A DNA stretch of 64,000 nt from Orbicella franksi (taxonomy: Eukaryota): NCBI GenBank assembly GCA_964199315.1, contig OZ116712.1:6386001-6450000 (forward strand). The letters are read 5' to 3'. Position numbers and translations under genes: made by a program. A model generated the notes under the pieces. The model searched no databases. It saw only the letters and a list, made by a program, of their open reading frames with translations, and had not been told where the DNA came from. This document shows positions 62,661-64,000 of this stretch, piece by piece; the first letter of the stretch is position 1; each line of letters begins with the position of its first letter.

Positions 62661-63518
62661 TGTCAGTCTGAATGAACTAGAGTCGCCAGAGGACGACCTT
62701 CATGTTGGCCGAAAAGCAAGAATGGAATACAGTAAAACTAAAAGGTGTCTTTTTTTTATGTATATCCAGCCCTTAAGGAAAAAGTTTTGGCATCCCTGGC
62801 CGTGGTATTTAAAATGGCCTTTTGTATTTGAAAGGTATTTCAGGCTAGTCCTGTGGGTTTGTCTCTTGTTTCTTGGCCATCTCGAGTATAGCGCATGCAA
62901 AGCCAAAAACAAGTGTTGTTAGGAAACTTGAACGATCGGGGCAGACCTGAGCCCAGGTTTTTTGTAAAACCGGGTGGACTATTGTTTCTTTGACCTTAGT
63001 ATTACAATAGAAATGCAATTGACTTCTTCTTAGCTGCGTTGCAGGTGAGAAGAGAATTGCGGAGTTATGTTCGCTTTGTGTCAGACCTTTAGTATAGTGT
63101 TGATCGTAATAGGTGCAATGAAAAGAAACAAACAGTAAACCAAATGCAAGTCAACGTCTAAAGGTAGTTTCATAAAATCATGTTGTTAATGTATATACAA
63201 TGTTTCTCAATTGTCGACTTGAAATATTTACAGCATATTTTATGATACAGAATTTACATTGCTTTACTACGAACGTGGACAACCATCGTTTAGTGTGAAT
63301 CTATTGCTCTGGCACATCAGTTTGGAAGAGTTGAACAATAGTCTTTTATAATTAGTAAAATTTCCGAGATTTCTGGTTGCACTTAAAAAAATCTAGGATG
63401 CCCTTAGCTTGCTGTCGATACTTCGAGGAATTTTCAGCAGTTTAAGCGTCCCCTTAAAGGGAGTCGTGTCCAATACGTTTGTAAAGCGAAGGTCTTCCAG
63501 AGTGTCCATTAATTCTCT

Positions 63519-64000
63519 TCAAAATTTCCGAGACGAAATTGGACAGTTGAATTTGTCGTTGATCCGTGGAAGCTTGAGAAGCCTTCTCTTGTCGTCGTCT
63601 TTGTCTTTGTTTTTTCTTTGTTTACAGGCGTTCTGTTCGGAGTTTTTTTGGTCATTAGTGGGTGCTCCTCCGACGCGAGGTGTTTTGTTCTTTCGCGGTG
63701 TTCTTTGAAAGTGCCCCAAGTTTTCCCTTTGGACCGCACTGAGCCAGGCCGCTATTTGATCGAAATCTTTGTAAAAGTTCGTGGACATTACTTCAACCTT
63801 GTTGTCCGGTAATTTTCCTCGTTTAGCTTCCTTATTGAACTTGCGAATCGCCTTAACCGTTAAAACTATGTCGCCGTTCTCCGTGAATTCGCCGTCTTCA
63901 ATCTGTGTGGCGAAGATTTTGCTCAATGAATTGTTCGCCTCCGTGTCACGGCAAGTTTCTTTGAGTTTTTGCGCGTTTTGTTTTTCTCTCGTCAAAGAGC
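63519..64000 (-). CDS. 3' part of an unidentified protein-coding exon entering from the window edge
   Basis: Stop-free frame from 64000 to TGA at 63519 (about 160 codons) with protein-like composition (...IEDGEFTENGDIVLTVKAIRKFNKEAKRG...MSTNFYKDFDQIAAWLSAV...) and a K/D-rich tail. No family recognised. Confidence 0.5.
   Translation of the reverse strand, partial: SLTREKQNAQKLKETCRDTEANNSLSKIFATQIEDGEFTENGDIVLTVKAIRKFNKEAKRGKLPDNKVEVMSTNFYKDFDQIAAWLSAVQRENLGHFQRTPRKNKTPRVGGAPTNDQKNSEQNACKQRKNKDKDDDKRRLLKLPRINDKFNCPISSRKF

Noticed and set aside
63400-63521. Selenocysteine/readthrough at TGA 63519 (downstream RELMDTLEDLRFTNVLDTTPFKGRLNC)
   Set aside because: Only 27 further codons before another stop, and no SECIS-like structure identified.

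Overview
Intron-rich animal genomic DNA, most likely from a scleractinian coral or other anthozoan (inferred from the repeat families and gene architecture). There is one assembly gap (N, 26856-27002). Four things occupy the window. (1) At 0.8-12.0 kb, a cluster of three paralogous 3-exon genes encodes secreted peptides of about 105-110 aa with an 8-cysteine framework I do not recognise (C-x12/13-C-x-C-x4-C-x5-C-x5/6-C-x16-C-x-C; core CxCPFLACxGGQDC...MKDEDCDC). One copy is inverted, one has ATG replaced by ACG, and one has a polar-disrupted signal peptide. (2) A 52-exon VPS8 gene (+, 12760-60724, about 1401 aa) was reconstructed exon by exon in one frame, including a GC-AG intron. (3) A complete 8-exon gamma-glutamyltranspeptidase gene (-, 48352-58415, about 628 aa) is nested inside the 11.75-kb VPS8 intron that splits the RING-H2 finger. 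(4) The 3' part of an unidentified ORF enters from the right edge. Introns are dense with SINEs, MITEs, Academ-like elements (one carrying a RecQ helicase relic), LINE fragments and microsatellites. All exon models were built by eye; no database searches were run.
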